Below, one piece after another: positions 21,101 to 29,180 of a stretch of 64,000 nucleotides of DNA. Location of the stretch: NCBI GenBank assembly GCA_963708135.1, contig OY970192.1, forward strand, positions 4,096,001 to 4,160,000. Direction: 5' to 3'. The translations under genes and the position numbers were made by a program. This stretch comes from an uncultured Gemmatimonadales bacterium. GTDB taxonomy: Bacteria; Gemmatimonadota; Gemmatimonadetes; Longimicrobiales; RSA9. Position 1 is the first letter of the stretch, and every line of letters starts with the position of its first letter. A model generated the notes under the pieces. It did no database searches and was not told where the DNA came from. It saw only the letters and a list, made by a program, of their open reading frames with translations.

Positions 21101-21498
21101 TCATCGCCGAGGGCGGCCACGGCGCGCTCGGCTCGCACGGCGAGCACCACGGCACCAACGCGCAATGGGAGGTGTGGATGGAGGCCTCCGCGCTCGGCCC
21201 GCTCGGCGCGCTGCGCGTCGCCTCGCTGGACGGGGCCCACTTCCTGGGCGTGGACCGCGACGTCGGCTCCCTCGAGGTCGGCAAGCTCGGGGACCTGATC
21301 GTCCTCGATGCCAACCCGCTCGAGGACATCCACAACACCGCCGACATGCAGTACGTCATGAAGGGCGGCGTCCTCTACGACGCCGACACGCTGGACGAGG
21401 TCTGGCCCCAGAAGAAGCCGTACGGGCCCTACTACTGGAACGACGCCGACGCGCAGCGGCAGGACACGCGGCCCATGGACTACTGGGACAGGCACTGA
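18106..21498 (+). CDS. secreted amidohydrolase with TolB-like PD40 beta-propellers
   Basis: Repeated (W/V)SPDG motifs, PGFVDMHSH and GSLEVGKLGDLIVLDANPLEDI. GTG start chosen after AGGAG. Confidence 0.9.
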   Translation: MRRAGTPLPMAIPVAFALALAAAPPRAAAQQPTAESRTRTTAGAAGAAAARPALPAEEWDVTKARGQTRDIDFTTSEGTWLSVDLSPDGRTLLFDLLGHIWRLPATGGEAVALTENSGVATNYHPRWSPDGRLIAFVSDRKGQNNLWIMNADGSDPRPVFLDRDVRVRTPVWTPDGQYIIVRRDWVGAGSSEGKSGLWMYHRDGGSGVPLVTKGDVEWPTVSPDGRYVYFQLRSGGSDALTGDYQIQRLELESGEIIDITAGNSHGVAASRATSGGAFAPEVSPDGHWLAFGRQIGDGLISFKGHTYGPRTALWLRNLDTGEERLAMDPISVAIESGAKSLRILPGYGWSRDGKSIVIAEGGKVRRLDVATGRVATIPFTAHVHRTISEMAYAPFRISDGAFEAKYLRWHTLSPDGRRLAFQAVGRVWVMDLPDGTPRRVTPRSFDPLEYGPTWSPDGRWLAFTSHDDRGLGYVWKVPPAGGAPVRVTADSGEYVHPAWSRDGREIAVARGSGATLRGRTLTHDPWWDVVRVPATGGRATLVARVALPAGTNPTSVARRAILTPSYGPDGRIFFPVFQRDEKAREMKTALVSVKPDGGDRRVHVILPYADEATPSPDGRWLAFQEGDNVYLTALPYEGTGAAPIELDKRHGRLPVRQLSLEGGMFPHWHDSLTVEFGSANRHVTYHVATEKAETTTVRLMVPRGSVAPGTIALTGARIVSLGNPEVIEKGTIVVKDGRITCVGTCSTAGADRVLDETGKTIIPGFVDMHSHHYREWRGYRPRHDYEVSIYLAYGVTTDLDPSMWSQNIFPSAELIESGEMIGPRTFSTGDPLYKGDAARNNDLSSYAATEHDIAKLQSWGAVSMKQYLQPRRDQRQWVSDVARKRGLMVTAEGGDLFYNLGMIMDGQTGWEHPLSYVPLYSDVTKFFGLAHATYSPTLVVAGPGPWNIEYFFGASNVWKDPKQRRWMPWRMDMGHLRRRTLRPETDYSFPLLAQGLADIIAEGGHGALGSHGEHHGTNAQWEVWMEASALGPLGALRVASLDGAHFLGVDRDVGSLEVGKLGDLIVLDANPLEDIHNTADMQYVMKGGVLYDADTLDEVWPQKKPYGPYYWNDADAQRQDTRPMDYWDRH

Positions 21499-21513
21499 GC
21501 AGCGTCCGGCCGC

Positions 21514-21762
21514 GGGAGTGGGGGAGTGGGAGACGGGCTCGCGTCCTGGTGCGCGCCCGTTGCCGTGCCGGGAGCCGATCCCGGCGCACGCGGCAGCCCG
21601 CGCCCGCGGCTCCGTGGCGCCGGTCACCCCGGAAGGGCGCCGGTCGCGTCGGAAGGGCGCCGGTCGGGTCGGAGGGGCGCCGGCCGGGTCGCGAGGCCCG
21701 GCATCCCGCCGGGCGAGGAGAGGCGGCCCGGGGTCTCCCACTCTCCCACTCCCCCACTCTCC
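21514..21762. repeat. intergenic element with octamer-based inverted ends and internal 20-bp tandem repeats
   Basis: GGGAGTGGGGGAGTGGGAGAC (21514-21534) pairs with GTCTCCCACTCTCCCACTCCCCCACTCTCC (21733-21762). Three copies of about GGAAGGGCGCCGGTCGGGTC at 21631-21690. Confidence 0.75.
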
Positions 21763-22971
21763 TCACAGCGTCTTCAGGAACCGCAGCAGCGGCTGCCATC
21801 CCAGAGTTCCCAGGCGAGCGAAGGCGTCGCGGGAGGCCTTCGCCTCGCCGGCGTGTAGCAGGATCGCGTCCTCCAGCCGCCCCGCCCGCCCGTCGTGCAG
21901 ATAGCGGCGCCGGTAGCTCAACCCCATCAGCAGTCCCGTCCTCAGCTCGGCGGGAGTCGCCGCCGCCCCGCAGACGTCCGCCAGGCCGGGGCCCATGTCG
22001 TGGAGCAGGAGGTCGGAGTAGAGCGGCACCGTCCTCCCGTCGAGCGCCGGGATGGCGCTCGGGCCCGTGCGCATCTCCGGGATGTGGCAGGCGGCACAGC
22101 CGAGGGAGTGGAAGAGCCGCTCCCCCGCCTGGAGCGTGTCGAGATCCGCGCCCTTCGCCGGCGGGCGGCCCGACAGCGGCGGGGCGAGGAAGCGGACGTA
22201 GTCCGCGAGCAGGTCGAGCCGCGCGGCCGTGATCTCGGGATCGGGGGCGGGGTCGGTTCCGGGAGGGAACGGCCGCCCGCCGAGTCGCTCCTCCTCCGGG
22301 TGCAGCACCGTGGTGAGCCCCATCTCGAAGCGCAGCGCGGTATCGATGAAGCGCCGCAGCGTGGGCTCTTCCGCCTTGCGCGAGAACCGGCCGATCGTGC
22401 CGTCGGGGAGGCGGCTCACGCGGCCGGAGATCCCGTCCCCATCCTTGTCCGCCGGGTCGGCGTGTGCCACGATGGCGGAGTCCGGGATCGCCTCCACCAG
22501 CCCCAGGCCGTAGAGGAACGGCACGGTGAAGGCGGCGCGCGCGGTGGCCCGGGCCGGAATCGTCTCCCGCTCGATGCCGCGCGCGCGGAGCAGCGGTGTG
22601 GCCTGCTTGCGCACGTTGACGCCGCCGTCGGCCTCGAGCTCGTCACACCGGTCGGGGGGCGTGAAGCGCGTGGCCTTGACTGCCGTCTGCTCGCCCGTGC
22701 CGCCGTCTGCGGGGTCGGTGTGGCAGGCGTTGCAGGCGTTCTCGTTGAAGAACGGGCCGAGGCCCTCGGCGGGCGTGAAGCGGTGGTCGAAGAGCGCCTT
22801 GCCGGCCTCGAAGCGGGCGCGGTCCTCGGGACGCAGCCCGGGCAGCGGCTCGCCCGGCGCCGCGCGGGGCGGAGGCGGCAGCCGCTCGTCACCAGCGCGG
22901 GAGCAGCCGGCGGCGAGCGCCAGGAACGAGGCGAGCAGGGCGGCCTCGCCGGCGCAGCGGATGCGGGTCAT
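21763..22971 (-). CDS. di-heme oxidoreductase (DHOR-family) lipoprotein
   Basis: Lipobox LAAGC, CNACH and CAACH heme motifs, GLGP.FN, YSDLLLHDMG and YLHDGRA. Confidence 0.88.
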   Translation of the reverse strand: MTRIRCAGEAALLASFLALAAGCSRAGDERLPPPPRAAPGEPLPGLRPEDRARFEAGKALFDHRFTPAEGLGPFFNENACNACHTDPADGGTGEQTAVKATRFTPPDRCDELEADGGVNVRKQATPLLRARGIERETIPARATARAAFTVPFLYGLGLVEAIPDSAIVAHADPADKDGDGISGRVSRLPDGTIGRFSRKAEEPTLRRFIDTALRFEMGLTTVLHPEEERLGGRPFPPGTDPAPDPEITAARLDLLADYVRFLAPPLSGRPPAKGADLDTLQAGERLFHSLGCAACHIPEMRTGPSAIPALDGRTVPLYSDLLLHDMGPGLADVCGAAATPAELRTGLLMGLSYRRRYLHDGRAGRLEDAILLHAGEAKASRDAFARLGTLGWQPLLRFLKTL

Positions 22972-23109
22972 GCGCGCGGAGTCTCTCGAGTGTCGGGCGG
23001 GGGCGGAGGATGGTGCCCGCACGGCGCCGCCGCCGCAGGATCGCGGAACGGAATCTCGGCCGGGGCGCGGTCGCACGCAAACGGAGCCCGAACGAACAGG
23101 GGGAACGCG

Positions 23110-25095
23110 ATGAAATCCGACGGCAGGGGGATCCACTGCGCGATGCTCGCGCTGGCCGCGACGCTCGCCACCGCGGTGCTGCCCGGTTCCGCCGGCGCGC
23201 AGCGCGCCGGGAGCGGCGGACAGGCGCTCGCGCCCCTGCGGCTCGTCACCCCGGCCACCTTCGACAGCGCGGTGGCCCACGGCACGCGCACGCGCACCGG
23301 CGTCCCCGGCCGACGGTACTGGCAGAACTCCGCCGACTACACCATCGCGGCCACGGTCACCCCGGCGGACTCCATGCTGCGGGGCGAGGAGGCGATCACG
23401 TACCGCAACGAGTCGCCGGATACGCTACGGCACGTAGTCTTTCATTTGTACCAGAACCTGATGGCGGCGGAGGCGGCGCGGGAGAGCCCGGCCCCCGCCG
23501 CCACCGGCGGAATGCGCATCGAGCTGCTCCAGATTGGCGATCGGTCGCTGGCCGTGCCGGAGAACAGGGTCGGACAGGCGCCGGACAGCGCGGCGCCGCG
23601 CGTGTACGGCACCCTGATGCTCGTGGCGCTGCCCCGGCCGATCCCGCCCGGCGCGAGCGAGCGCTTCCACTTGAAGTGGAGCTTCACGATTCCCGGGGAC
23701 TGGGCGCCGCGGATGGGCATGGTCAACACGACCACCGCCCAGATCGCGCAGTGGTATCCGCAGATCGCCGTCTACGACGACCTGCACGGCTGGGACCTGC
23801 AGCAGTACACCGGGACGGGCGAGTTCTATCTGGACTACGGCCATTTCCGCTACTCGGTGACGATCCCCGCGGGCTACATCGTGGGCGGCAGCGGCACGCT
23901 CACCAACGCGGACCAGGTGCTCACGCAGGCCGAGCGCGCCGCGCTCGCGCGGGCCGCCGGCTCGGACGACGTACAGCACGTGGTCACCGCCGCCGGCTTC
24001 GGCGCCGGCCGCGCGACGGCGGGCGCCGCCGGCTCCAGTCTGACCTGGAGCTTCGATGCCGACAGCGTACGCGACGTCGCCTTCTCCTTCTCCGACCACT
24101 ACCTCTGGGACGCGACCAGCGCGGTTGTGGACTCCGCGACCGGGCGGCGCGCGCTCGTGAACGTCATGTACCGGGAGGGTGCGCCACTCTTCGACCAGGT
24201 CTGGAAGATGGCCCGGGCGGCGCTCGAGACGCATTCCAGCCGCATGGTGCCCTACCCCTGGCCGCAGCTCACGGAGACGGAGGGCGGCTCCGGCGGCATG
24301 GAGTACCCGATGACCGTCTTCGTCCAGGCCTATCCCGACCTCTACCGCGAGGACGAGGTCTCCGCTCACGAGATCGGCCACGAGTGGTTCCCCATGCTCG
24401 TCGGCAGCAACGAGACCCGCTACGGCTGGCAGGACGAGGGGCTCAACACCTTCGATACGTTCTTCGCCACGGACGCCTTCCTGCCGGACTCGCTGCAGCG
24501 CAGGGGCGTCGAGGAGAACGCCACCGAGTACCTCGACTTCATCCGCACCGAGGACGAGGACCTGCCGATGATGTCGCCCGCCAACGCCTTCGGCGTGCTG
24601 AACGCCGGCTACGGCGTGGAGGCGTACGCCAAGCCGTCCACCGCCCTCTGGGTCCTGTACAAGACTCTCGGACACGACGCCTTCTACAAGGCCTACCGTG
24701 CCTACATCCATGCGTGGGAGTACCGGCACCCGACGCCGTGGGACTTCTTCGATACCTTCGACCACGTCACAGGACAGGACCTCGACCCGTTCTGGCACCA
24801 GTGGTTCTTTACCCGCGACCGGCTGGACCAGGCCATCACCGGCGTCACGCAGGCGGCTGGCTCGGTGCGCGTGACAGTGGCCAACGCCGGCCGCATATAC
24901 GCACCCATCGACATCACGGCCACGCTGGCAGGCGGGAAGAAGGTGAGCTGGCGGGTGCCGGTGACGGTCTGGTACGACGGCAGGGCGAGGACCACGCCCT
25001 CGCATGAAGTGAGCGGGCGCGTCACGCGGGTCGAGCTCGACGCCGCCCACGACTTCCCTGACGTGGACCGCGCCAACAACGTGTGGCCCCGCTGA
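23110..25095 (+). CDS. M1-family zinc aminopeptidase
   Basis: Signal peptide, YWQN, GGMEYP and HEIGHEW...DEGLN. Confidence 0.9.
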   Translation: MKSDGRGIHCAMLALAATLATAVLPGSAGAQRAGSGGQALAPLRLVTPATFDSAVAHGTRTRTGVPGRRYWQNSADYTIAATVTPADSMLRGEEAITYRNESPDTLRHVVFHLYQNLMAAEAARESPAPAATGGMRIELLQIGDRSLAVPENRVGQAPDSAAPRVYGTLMLVALPRPIPPGASERFHLKWSFTIPGDWAPRMGMVNTTTAQIAQWYPQIAVYDDLHGWDLQQYTGTGEFYLDYGHFRYSVTIPAGYIVGGSGTLTNADQVLTQAERAALARAAGSDDVQHVVTAAGFGAGRATAGAAGSSLTWSFDADSVRDVAFSFSDHYLWDATSAVVDSATGRRALVNVMYREGAPLFDQVWKMARAALETHSSRMVPYPWPQLTETEGGSGGMEYPMTVFVQAYPDLYREDEVSAHEIGHEWFPMLVGSNETRYGWQDEGLNTFDTFFATDAFLPDSLQRRGVEENATEYLDFIRTEDEDLPMMSPANAFGVLNAGYGVEAYAKPSTALWVLYKTLGHDAFYKAYRAYIHAWEYRHPTPWDFFDTFDHVTGQDLDPFWHQWFFTRDRLDQAITGVTQAAGSVRVTVANAGRIYAPIDITATLAGGKKVSWRVPVTVWYDGRARTTPSHEVSGRVTRVELDAAHDFPDVDRANNVWPR

Positions 25096-25128
25096 GCGAG
25101 AGGGGGGCGCGGCGCGGGCCCGCCCCCC

Positions 25129-26037
25129 TCACCCCGCCGCCCGCCCGTGGTGGGCCAGCGCCCAGGTGCTGCCCAGCACCAGGACGGCGCCGCCGGCGGC
25201 CCAGAGGTCGGGACGCTCGCCGAAGAAGAGGATCCCCCACAACGCGGCGAAGAGGACCTGCACGTACGCCACGGACATCGCCCGTCCCGCTCGCTCCATC
25301 CCCAGGCCGCGCGTCATGTAAAGCTGCGCGATCTGCGCCGAGACGCCAACGCCCAGGAGCACGAGCCACTCGAGTGGCGTGGGCCAGCGCGCGTTCCTGC
25401 CGAGGAGCGGCAGCGAGCCGAGGACGCTGACCAGCGCGAAGTAGAAGATGATGACCAGTGGGGGCTCCGTGGCTCCCAGCTTGCGCACGAACACGTACGC
25501 CGCGCCGCTGAACACCGCGCCCGCGAGGGCTATGCCGACGGCCAGGAGCGGGAGCCGGCTCATCCCGGCGCCGAACAGGAAGGATGGCCGTGCGATGAGC
25601 ACCACGCCGGCGAGGCTGGTCAGCATGCACGCCAGCTCGCCGCCCGTCATCGCCTCGCCGAGCACCCAGATGGCGAAGATCCCGGTGAACGCCGGGTTCG
25701 TGTACTGGATGACCGTGGCGTCCGCCAGCGGCAGGTGGATGAGCGCGTAGTAGAAGCAGAGCAGCGCCGCGAACCCGAGCGTGCCCCGGACCACGAGCAG
25801 CCGGCGGCGGCGCCCCCAGAGCCCCACGCCCGCCCGCCTCAGCGCGCCCGCGCTGAGGATCATCATCGCGAGCGACCGCACCAGCACCACCTCCTGGCTC
25901 GGCAGCCGCCGCCCCGCCAGCTTCACGAGCAGGCTCATGATGCTGAAGAAGAAGCCTGCCGCCGCCATGTAGCGCAGCCCGCGCGAGAAGCGGGGCGGAG
26001 GAGCGGGGGGCGCGGCCGAGGTGGGCTCCTGGGTCAT
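25129..26037 (-). CDS. DMT/EamA-family transporter
   Basis: About 10 hydrophobic segments in two EamA-like repeats; 'LPLADATVIQYTNPAF'. Confidence 0.88.
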   Translation of the reverse strand: MTQEPTSAAPPAPPPRFSRGLRYMAAAGFFFSIMSLLVKLAGRRLPSQEVVLVRSLAMMILSAGALRRAGVGLWGRRRRLLVVRGTLGFAALLCFYYALIHLPLADATVIQYTNPAFTGIFAIWVLGEAMTGGELACMLTSLAGVVLIARPSFLFGAGMSRLPLLAVGIALAGAVFSGAAYVFVRKLGATEPPLVIIFYFALVSVLGSLPLLGRNARWPTPLEWLVLLGVGVSAQIAQLYMTRGLGMERAGRAMSVAYVQVLFAALWGILFFGERPDLWAAGGAVLVLGSTWALAHHGRAAG

Positions 26038-26184
26038 CGTGCCGGCAATCTACGTACGCCAGAACGGCGCACCACCCCGCCAGCGCGGGAACGATCCTTG
26101 AAGGTGAATCAGGTGAGGAGACGTCCCCCGGCGGCGGCCGCCGGCGGCGGGACTTGCGCGATGGACGGCAGCAGGAGGCGAACC

Positions 26185-26472
26185 GTGGCCATGATCCAGG
26201 ACCCCGTCTGCCACACCACGCTGGACGAGGAAGACTCGGCGGCCAGCCGGTCGTTCGGCGGCCATTCCTTCCATTTCTGCTCCACGGACTGCGCGCGCCG
26301 CTTCGACACGGCGCCCGAGCGCTACAGCGCGGCGGCCAACGTGGAGATGGAGCGGCACGAGCCGCCCTTCACCACGAAGGGCAAGTTCACGGCGCCCAAG
26401 TTCGGCGCGGCCGGGAGCGGAGGGGCGGAGTACGAGCCGATCCCCGAGCAGCACGACCGGGAGCCGGAGTAG
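26185..26472 (+). CDS. YHS-domain protein
   Basis: DPVC...FHFCSTDCARRF...PERY. RBS AGGAGG; start is GTG 26185 or ATG 26191. Confidence 0.85.
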   Translation: MAMIQDPVCHTTLDEEDSAASRSFGGHSFHFCSTDCARRFDTAPERYSAAANVEMERHEPPFTTKGKFTAPKFGAAGSGGAEYEPIPEQHDREPE

Positions 26473-26479
26473 CGCCTCC

Positions 26480-26890
26480 GTGAGCGACGCGGACGGGCAG
26501 GACATCGCCATCATCGACGGCTCCAACGTGGCCTACTCGAGCGAGGGCGGCGAGCCCCGCCTGGCCAACATCGAGGCTGTCTCGCACAAGCTCGAGGTGG
26601 AGGGGCTCAAGCCGATCGTCGTCGTCGATGCGGCACTGCGCCATAGGATCGATGACCCGACGGGATACGAGAAGCTCGTGGACCGCGGCGTGATCAAGCA
26701 GGCGCCTGCCGGAACCGACGCCGACTACTTCATCCTCTCCTTCGCCCGCGAGCTCGACGCCAGCGTCGTGTCCAACGACTGCTTCCGCGACCGCGAGGAG
26801 CACTTCCCCGACGCGCTCGAACGCGTCATCCGCTTCATGATCGTGGACGGCGAGGTCGTCCTCGAGCGGCGCGCGCACCGCCGCGGCTGA
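26480..26890 (+). CDS. NYN/PIN-fold ribonuclease (Zc3h12a/Regnase-like)
   Basis: IIDGSNVA, IVVVDAALR, PAGTDADYFIL and VVSNDCFRD provide the acidic catalytic set. Confidence 0.8.
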   Translation: MSDADGQDIAIIDGSNVAYSSEGGEPRLANIEAVSHKLEVEGLKPIVVVDAALRHRIDDPTGYEKLVDRGVIKQAPAGTDADYFILSFARELDASVVSNDCFRDREEHFPDALERVIRFMIVDGEVVLERRAHRRG

Positions 26891-26896
26891 GCGGGA

Positions 26897-28165
26897 TCAC
26901 CCCGCATCGGCCGCGAGCACGTCATCCGCCGGCGAGCGCCCCCGCTCCGCGTAGCAGCCGCCATACGCCCGCGCTATCTCGAGATCTCGTCCCGAGAACA
27001 CCGCCTCCCCCACCCGCCGACAGCCCTCCAGCGCGATCCGGTAGACCTCGGCCGCACGCGGCCCGACCACCGGGTGGGCCATCCCCAGCCTCGCCGCGGG
27101 CTCGAGAAGGTCGGGGTCCGGCGCGCCCAGCAGCTCCGCCGCGGCCTGCCCCGCCTCCGCGTCCAGGAACAGCCCGCACGCCACCGCGAGCGCCGCGGGA
27201 AGCCACTCTGGCGGCAGCGCATCGATCGACCGGACCTCGAGATAGCCCTTCGGTCGGACCTCCGGGAACAGCGTCGTCAGATGCGTCCGCCAATCCGCCT
27301 CGCCCAGCTCCCCAGACTCCAGCCACGCCCCGAAGGGGTGGTAGCCGCCCCCCGCATCCGTGTGGAAGATCGCCCCGGCGCCGAGCGCGAATGCGGTGTA
27401 CTCCTCCGCGCTGCCGGGGCTCCCGGCCCCGGTGAGCAGCCCGGTCCGTGAAGGATCGAGCCGCCGCCAGGCAACGGAGCGGACGCTGCGCGCCCCGCCC
27501 TCTTCGCCGCCGTAGCGCGGGGAGTTGGCGAAGAGTGCGACCAGAAAGGGTGCGAGCGCGTTGGCGAGCTGCCAGTCGTCGAGCGGTGTGGGCCCGAAGT
27601 CGATGTTCAGCTGGACGGCCGCGGTCTGGCGCATCATCCGGGCGCCCCACGGGCCGATGGATCGTAAATAGCGGTCCATCAACGAGTACCGCGAAGAGTC
27701 AACCTGCAGCGGCACGCGCTCCAGTGGCGTCAGTGGATCGATGCCCGCCCCCAACACTGCGATTCCCTCGCCGGCCGCCTCGCGGACCAGGTCGGTGGTG
27801 AGCCGGCGCAGCCGGTCGAGCGCGGCCGAGGCGCTTCGCTCCGGCGGCGTCCGGATCTCGATCTGCCCCCCGGGCTCGTAGGTCAGGGCGGTCCCGTCCG
27901 GAAGCAGGAAGGCGGGCGCCCCCTTCCCCGAGGCGTCCTTGGCCCATCCCCTCCGCGCGCCGAAGCGGCACAGGAACGGAAAGCTGGCCCGTCCCGCGGG
28001 GGCGGTGATCGGCACGGCGAGGCGCGTGTCCGCATCCACGAGCAGGAACTCGACTTCGGCCCCGATTCGGCGCGCGCCATGGAAGCCTCCGGGCAGCAGC
28101 AGCTCGTGCTCCGCGATGCCGCGGGCCAGGGTGGCCGGGTCGCCGAGCGGCCGATCCGCGCTCAC
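26897..28165 (-). CDS. egtA: glutamate-cysteine ligase family (GCS2/EgtA)
   Basis: IGAEVEF, TYEPGGQIE, MMRQTAAVQLNID, LFANSP and HLTTLFPEVRPKGYLEVRSID; lies downstream of egtD. Confidence 0.8.
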   Translation of the reverse strand: MSADRPLGDPATLARGIAEHELLLPGGFHGARRIGAEVEFLLVDADTRLAVPITAPAGRASFPFLCRFGARRGWAKDASGKGAPAFLLPDGTALTYEPGGQIEIRTPPERSASAALDRLRRLTTDLVREAAGEGIAVLGAGIDPLTPLERVPLQVDSSRYSLMDRYLRSIGPWGARMMRQTAAVQLNIDFGPTPLDDWQLANALAPFLVALFANSPRYGGEEGGARSVRSVAWRRLDPSRTGLLTGAGSPGSAEEYTAFALGAGAIFHTDAGGGYHPFGAWLESGELGEADWRTHLTTLFPEVRPKGYLEVRSIDALPPEWLPAALAVACGLFLDAEAGQAAAELLGAPDPDLLEPAARLGMAHPVVGPRAAEVYRIALEGCRRVGEAVFSGRDLEIARAYGGCYAERGRSPADDVLAADAG

Positions 28166-28223
28166 GGCCCCTCGCTCCGGCGCTCCGGCATGGCCCGATC
28201 GGCGGGGCCGCAGGGTCCCGCGC

Positions 28224-29180
28224 TCACGCCGTCCGGGCGCCAAAGGCGAGCGCGAAGAGGTCGTCCGGGTCGGTCTCCCATGCGACCAGCTCGAGCCCCG
28301 CGCCCGCGAACAGCGATTGCACGGCGTGGCGATCGTACTTGGCGCTGATCTCGGTCCGGATGCTCTCGCCGCGGGCGAGCCGGAATCGGCCGACGCACGG
28401 GATCGCGACCTCCATGGCCCTGCGGGCGACGAGGTGCATCTCGATGCGCCCGGCGGCCTCATCGTAGACGGCGCGGTGCTCGAACGCGTCGAGGTCGAAC
28501 GCCGCGGCGAGCTCACGGTTGAGGACGCGCAGCATGTTGAGGTTGAACTCGGCGGTGACGCCGCGGCTGTCGTTGTAGGCCCGCTCGAGGATCGCCGCAT
28601 CCTTGCGCAGGTCGGCCCCGAGGAGGAAGCGGTCGGGCTCGTCCATCTGCGCGGCCACCCGGGCGAGGAGGCGCAGGGCGGCGTCGGGCTCGAAGTTGCC
28701 GATGGTGCTGCCGAGGAAGCCGAAGAGGCGCGGCCGCGGCGCATCCTCGGGGAGGGGGACGCTCACGCTGATGTCCGAGACGACGGGAGCAACGCGCAGC
28801 CCCGGCCGATGCTCGCCGAACCAGGACTGGATGCGGTCGAGGTAGGTGCGGCTCACATCCACGGGGACGTAGAGCTCGGCGGCGCGCATCGCGTCCAGCA
28901 CGATCTCGGCCTTGTCCGGGCCGCCCGGCCCGAGCTCGATGAAGCTGTGCGGCGCTGGAGCCGCCACCCAGCCGGGCACCACATCCCGCAGCAGCGCGCG
29001 CTCGGTTCGCGTCGGGTAGTACTCCGGCAGGCGGGTGATCTCGTCGAACAGCCGCGAGCCGCGCGCGTCGTAGAAGTACTTGGGCGGCAGTGTCTTCTGC
29101 GGCGTGGAGAGCCCCGCCCGCACCTCTTCGCGCATGCGGGCGAGCTCCGGTGGCGCCGGCGCCTGGACCCCCTCAGACAT
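28224..29180 (-). CDS. egtD: L-histidine N-alpha-methyltransferase
   Basis: KTLPPKYFYDARGSRLFDEITRLPEYYPTRTE, FLGSTIGNF, AYNDSRGVTAEFNLN and IRTEISAKY. Confidence 0.93.
   Translation of the reverse strand: MSEGVQAPAPPELARMREEVRAGLSTPQKTLPPKYFYDARGSRLFDEITRLPEYYPTRTERALLRDVVPGWVAAPAPHSFIELGPGGPDKAEIVLDAMRAAELYVPVDVSRTYLDRIQSWFGEHRPGLRVAPVVSDISVSVPLPEDAPRPRLFGFLGSTIGNFEPDAALRLLARVAAQMDEPDRFLLGADLRKDAAILERAYNDSRGVTAEFNLNMLRVLNRELAAAFDLDAFEHRAVYDEAAGRIEMHLVARRAMEVAIPCVGRFRLARGESIRTEISAKYDRHAVQSLFAGAGLELVAWETDPDDLFALAFGARTA

Noticed and set aside
21611..21690. 20-bp repeats as a CRISPR array
   Set aside because: Contiguous tandem units with no spacers, and no cas genes in the window.
7151..21741. 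Very long ORFs 7151..12481(-), 7720..12858(+) and 13474..21741(-)
   Set aside because: Antisense or off-frame shadows of real genes in high-GC DNA, with no motifs.
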